The notes under the pieces: generated by a model
Told to the model about the DNA's origin: nothing
The model's input: only the letters and a program-made list of their open reading frames with translations
Database searches by the model: none
DNA from: Dipteris shenzhenensis
Lineage: Eukaryota
Reading direction: 5' to 3' (one strand)
Length of the DNA: 64,000 bases
Assembly: GCA_047967505.1 (NCBI GenBank)
Contig: CM106538.1
Shown here: piece after piece, positions 62,419 through 64,000 of the stretch
How positions within the stretch are numbered: position 1 is the first letter of the stretch
How the letters are laid out: each line of letters begins with the position of its first letter
Position numbers and translations under genes: made by a program

Positions 62419-62631
62419 ATACCCATTTCAATAATGAGTGTGTCTCTTTAGGAAGTTCAAATGCAGCAAGCCACCAAATGTGCTTTTTCGATTGCACACT
62501 AAAATCTTCCCTAATTTCCTTATCTTTGGCATGTACGAGGGCTTTATTCATCAAAGCAATACTAACCCTCTCTAATTTTACAACCTCTCACTCATCCAAT
62601 TTGATAACGAATACTAACTTTCCTTCACAAT
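62419..62631 (-). pseudogene. RAG1/Transib-like transposase, upstream exon with first catalytic Asp
   Basis: AG acceptor near 62632, then CEGKLVFVIKLDE*...LERVSIALMNKAL...FSVQSKKHIWWLAAFELPKETHSLLKWV, which joins in frame to 52082. Confidence 0.7.
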
Positions 62632-62803
62632 CTGAAAGATTAAAAGATTTACATGATTAGAAAAGATTTCAATAAAAATTTGAGCTCTCTAAACAATATA
62701 ATTTTAACATATCCCATGCTTTCATGTTATAAAACTCCACCATTGTAGCTTGGACCCTACATACATCCAAAAAAACATTATTATGCCACAACAAGACAAA
62801 GAA

Positions 62804-64000
62804 CCCATAGACGCGCACACGAACGCATTTGCTGAACTAAATAAAAAAACTTACGGGCGCATCTATTTGTGCATCTATTAGTGCATCTGGAGACCCGCGT
62901 CTAACAGTGCGTCTATATAGGACACACACATGCGTATAGACATGCATATAAACGCTAAAATAGATGCTCTTATAAATGCGTTTGTAGATGCAAAAATAGA
63001 TGCTTGTCGATAGATAGACGTGTATATAGATGTGTTTATAGACGCACTGATAGACGCGCTTTATAATATTTTTTTTAAATTTACAGAATGCTGTGTATGT
63101 TGTGTATGCTATATAGTTACAAGAATCCCATTTCGACATTGTGTAATTCAATTCTTATAGCCAACCGCATTTTAATTACAATTTCAAATAAAACATTACA
63201 AGTCCAAAATGCAATAAAATTGAAAGCTCAAAAAGTGCTTGTATGTACATATAGCATGAAGGTAAGCCACGTCATGTGGCTTCAAGTACAAAAAATAAGA
63301 GGAGTGTGTATACAAGAGGCACGAAGCCAAGCCAATGGCTTTAAGTACAAAAAAGAGTAGCTAGCACTACTTCTACAACTAATCCTCGCTCCCTTCCATG
63401 CTCCCTTCCACGCTCCCTTCTATGCTCCCTTCTGCGCCTCCTTTCTCGTCTTCCTCATCATCTTGTGCACGGGCCTGTAAACAAGGGACAACATATATCA
63501 ATGTATGAAAAATCAAATCTTTACTTATAATATTGGCATTATTTAATTACTTTCAAATACCTCGGGGGCCGCTCCAGTAGCCCAGATATATTGCTCCTCA
63601 GTAATCAACCCATCATCAGAGAAGTTCCTCCATGTATCTCCTCTGCGATGGTGGCAGTGGTAGGCTGTGTCCATAGGAGTAGGGTATCTGCCCACGATCT
63701 CAAGTTGCAAGATGACACAATTTGCAGAGGGATTAGTACAAAAAAACAACCTCCTAATAAACTACATAAGCAATATAATTTGAGATTGATACTTACAAAT
63801 TAGGCCTCCCATGATTTAACACCCTCTGCTCCAAAATGTGCACTTCCATATTCCTCCATCTGGATCCTTCGTGCCTCCACGTGCTGCAGATTGGTGTCCT
63901 CCCTCGCTGACTTCATTGCTTTCTTCCACTCACTGCTTGTGAGCGATGTGGGGCGGGCCCCTTGGTGGTTGACCTCCCTCGATCCTTGCAAGCTCCGCTA
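62804..64000 (-). mobile_element. Probable end of another En/Spm-like DNA transposon (CCCATAGAC terminus, subterminal repeats, TnpA-like exons)
   Basis: Repeated ATAGACGC/ATAGATGC/GCATCTAT at 62804-63060. Spliced minus-strand exons HFGAEGVKSW...LEIVGRYPTP. Confidence 0.5.

Overview
Land-plant nuclear DNA (TTTAGGG repeats, GT-AG introns; a fern or other seed-free plant is a guess). It consists almost entirely of nested, mostly decayed transposons, and I found no intact ordinary host gene. (1) Ty1/copia LTR elements lie at 1-5303 (two elements fused by a deletion), 45713-51113 (complete, TSD TAAAT) and 52477-55257. (2) Ty3/gypsy elements lie at about 39724-43726 and 52083-62418; the second has a stand-alone archaeal-type RNase H upstream of gag and a tRNA-His-like PBS. 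(3) A CACTA/En-Spm transposase gene is split and its halves now lie on opposite strands. (4) Inserted in it is a reconstructable TIR element of about 19 kb (26-bp TIR, 4-bp TSD GTAT). It carries a Sola-like transposase, a degenerate telomeric array, G-rich satellites and a large divergent cargo gene (ParB-like region, possible dead N4/N6-MTase fold, two Ulp1-like protease domains). The cargo gene occurs three times, two copies forming a 6.8-kb inverted repeat. (5) A RAG1/Transib-like DDE transposase gene can be reassembled across 17 kb of insertions and is followed on the same strand by an intronless histone H3 variant with a long acidic N-tail insertion. Family assignments rest on motif recognition by eye; no searches were run.
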